A stretch of DNA of 36,605 nt from a virus (Duplodnaviria > Heunggongvirae > Uroviricota > Caudoviricetes), in the IMG/VR virus record IMGVR_UViG_3300029219_000015. One strand, 5' to 3'. Both the position numbers and the translations under genes were made by a program. This document shows, piece after piece, positions 34,747 through 36,605 of this stretch. The notes below the pieces were generated by a model. The model searched no databases and was not told the DNA's origin. It saw only the letters and a list, made by a program, of their open reading frames with translations. The stretch's first letter is position 1, and every line of letters begins with the position of its first letter.

Positions 34747-35160
34747 ATGGCAAGAGGTATGTATGTCTTATGCGAAATTGAAGGTGTGCTGGCAAATGCC
34801 AGCCATCGTAAATCAGTATCTGACGCGGATGCAGGCCAGCTCATTGCCGGTGATGAACTCATTTTCCCCACCAGCCGTATGTTGCGTGGTTTTGCTCGCT
34901 CAGGGGCTGAAGTGGTGCTTATCAGTAGCCGCTCTGAAACTCTTGAAGCGCCAACTAAACGATGGCTGAAAGATTTTGGCGTTGATTATGACTGGCTTCA
35001 TCTCGTACCGAATGGCACCAGTTATGAGAAGCATATTAAGCGCACATTAGCGGAGCATAAAGGCGATCTGCTTATCGCTGCGCTGGTGCACGATCCTCGA
35101 CTCCGTGCCGCTTTAGCCGACTCTCACCATCGACCGGTCATCTATGAGGTGAGCAAATGA
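34747..35160 (+). CDS. Hypothetical protein, HAD-like layout with E-x-E in place of the nucleophile D-x-D
   Basis: 137 aa from the ATG at 34747; YVLCEIEGVL, VVLISSRS and KGDLLIAALVHD fall where HAD motifs I, II and IV would; start coupled to the thyA stop. Confidence 0.45.
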   Translation: MARGMYVLCEIEGVLANASHRKSVSDADAGQLIAGDELIFPTSRMLRGFARSGAEVVLISSRSETLEAPTKRWLKDFGVDYDWLHLVPNGTSYEKHIKRTLAEHKGDLLIAALVHDPRLRAALADSHHRPVIYEVSK

Positions 35161-35633
35161 AGATGATCGCTGCTGTTGGCCGTAACTATGAGATCGGCAT
35201 AGCGAATGAACTCCCCTGGCGTTGTTCTACCGATCTGAAGCTATTTAAGAGACTCACCAAAAACGCCACTGTCGTTATGGGGCGTAAAACGATGGAAAGT
35301 CTCAAACGCCCTCTTCCAGAGCGTCATAACCTCGTTTTGACGCGCTCTCATGGCTTTGTACCAAATGGATTCTACCCTGCTGGTGTGGATGATGTGTTGC
35401 GATTACCAGAGCCTGTGTGGGTGATTGGCGGGGAACAAATTTACTCGCTATTCATGCCGCATGTTGAAGAGATTTGGCTCTCCCACATCGGCGTTGATGT
35501 GCCAAACGCCGATGCATTCTTCCCGGCAAGCATGATGCGTAATTTAGGCTTTGTGCCTGTTGAAACAGCTTATACCCAACGAGCCAGCGAGGAAGAGCCT
35601 GGCTTTTCGCAGATCGTATACAGAAGGTCGTAA
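35157..35633 (+). CDS. folA: Dihydrofolate reductase
   Basis: 158 aa; MIAAVGRNYEIGIANELPW...VVMGRKTMESL...VWVIGGEQIY matches the DHFR signature; GAGGTG RBS; ATGA overlap with the previous gene. Confidence 0.85.
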   Translation: MKMIAAVGRNYEIGIANELPWRCSTDLKLFKRLTKNATVVMGRKTMESLKRPLPERHNLVLTRSHGFVPNGFYPAGVDDVLRLPEPVWVIGGEQIYSLFMPHVEEIWLSHIGVDVPNADAFFPASMMRNLGFVPVETAYTQRASEEEPGFSQIVYRRS

Positions 35634-36277
35634 TGGATTACCGGATTGGGATCACTGGTGCTCAGGGCAGTGGGAAAACAACCCTGGCTAAATATATCGA
35701 CAAACATTACGGAATCCCTTACGTGGATGCTGGTGTCGGAAGTTTGATGAGCCGCCTCGGTGTTCGAGTAGGTGATTCTATGCCTCTATATGAGCGGCTT
35801 CAGATTCAAATGGAAATAGCAAAGCATATAGAGCTACTTACGCGTGGTGTTGAAGGCTTTGTTATCGATCGCACACCTGCTGATGTTATGGCCTACACGT
35901 TGGATTTGGTCGGCCATACAAATGAAGATCGGTGTATTGAGTTAGCCCTCGATATCGAAAAGTTTTGCCACAAAACTGCTATTTCAAACTTTAACGCCAT
36001 TGCTGGCTTACGCCCGGGAGTCGCTCTCTCAGAGCGAGATTACTTGCGATCACAACGAGCATCATTAGACCGTCTGTATGTCGCTCGTATTGATGCGTTG
36101 ATGTGCGGGGAACTGACAAAAATTCACCTGCATCCGCAAAGGGGAGATCTGCAAACCTTCGTCGTTTCCAACCGATATCGCACGGTTGAAGCAAGAGCCA
36201 GATCAGTGATGAGAATGCTAGATAACGCTGTAGAAAAGATAGAAAACCGGTTCTGTGGCCGAGTGACCGTTCATTAG
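35633..36277 (+). CDS. P-loop NTPase, probable (deoxy)nucleotide kinase
   Basis: 214 aa; Walker A GITGAQGSGKTTLA at the N-terminus; sits in the nucleotide-metabolism operon. Confidence 0.6.
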   Translation: MDYRIGITGAQGSGKTTLAKYIDKHYGIPYVDAGVGSLMSRLGVRVGDSMPLYERLQIQMEIAKHIELLTRGVEGFVIDRTPADVMAYTLDLVGHTNEDRCIELALDIEKFCHKTAISNFNAIAGLRPGVALSERDYLRSQRASLDRLYVARIDALMCGELTKIHLHPQRGDLQTFVVSNRYRTVEARARSVMRMLDNAVEKIENRFCGRVTVH

Positions 36278-36338
36278 AAATTGTTCGCCTCTTCGACATT
36301 GCGACAATAAAACTCTCAAAATGGGTTAAGGATAAAAA

Positions 36339-36521
36339 ATGTTTAGTGAAATGTTGCTTGAAGATGAACTGGATCGGAAAACAACAGAGGCTTTGATTCG
36401 TGTAGCGGACGAACATTCCCGGTCGCTTATGAGCGATCGAGAGGCTCGTCTGGCTATTCGTGCCATATTCGAAACTGCGCAGGGGCTTGTTGGTACACAA
36501 GTGGGTGAAGCCATTAACTGA
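36339..36521 (+). CDS. Hypothetical small protein
   Basis: 60-aa ORF near the window edge; no motif. Confidence 0.35.
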   Translation: MFSEMLLEDELDRKTTEALIRVADEHSRSLMSDREARLAIRAIFETAQGLVGTQVGEAIN

Positions 36522-36605
36522 TCTTACCCAGCAATAGTGGACACGCGGCTAAGTGAGTAAACTCTCAGTCAGAGGTGACTCACATGACAAAAACAGTATC
36601 AACCA

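Overview
This window reads as the replication, recombination and nucleotide-metabolism block of a large phage or phage-plasmid with enterobacterial-style ribosome-binding sites; that identity is an inference from gene content, not a database result. Everything below was done by eye and from remembered family motifs, with no searches run. The annotated content, left to right: three tRNAs (Tyr, Thr, Ser), an AT-rich accessory gene, a glutaredoxin, a P4-type tyrosine-recombinase-like gene, a CobT-like/CobS-like pair, a DnaE-type polymerase, a CspA-like gene, a HicA/HicB-like pair, a gp32-like SSB, a flap endonuclease, a RecA homolog, an SPFH lipoprotein, a Rep-like initiator, SbcD/SbcC-like and RuvC-like genes, NrdA/NrdB, ThyA, DHFR and a P-loop kinase. 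The strongest hunt candidates are: (1) a plasmid-type iteron replicon, with about 17 direct repeats flanking the Rep-like gene and an oriC-like GATC-rich segment with a DnaA-box-like 9-mer; (2) an intein with LAGLIDADG-type motifs splitting the Walker A P-loop of the RecA homolog; (3) a sharply AT-rich single-gene island beside the tRNA cluster carrying an R-x4-H (HEPN-like) motif; (4) a HicA/HicB-like pair with a palindrome-overlapped promoter. I cannot point to one element as the undescribed system; the AT-rich island and the small-gene block at 19929-21448 are the least explained coding regions. Coordinates of starts are best guesses, and several alternative starts are noted.
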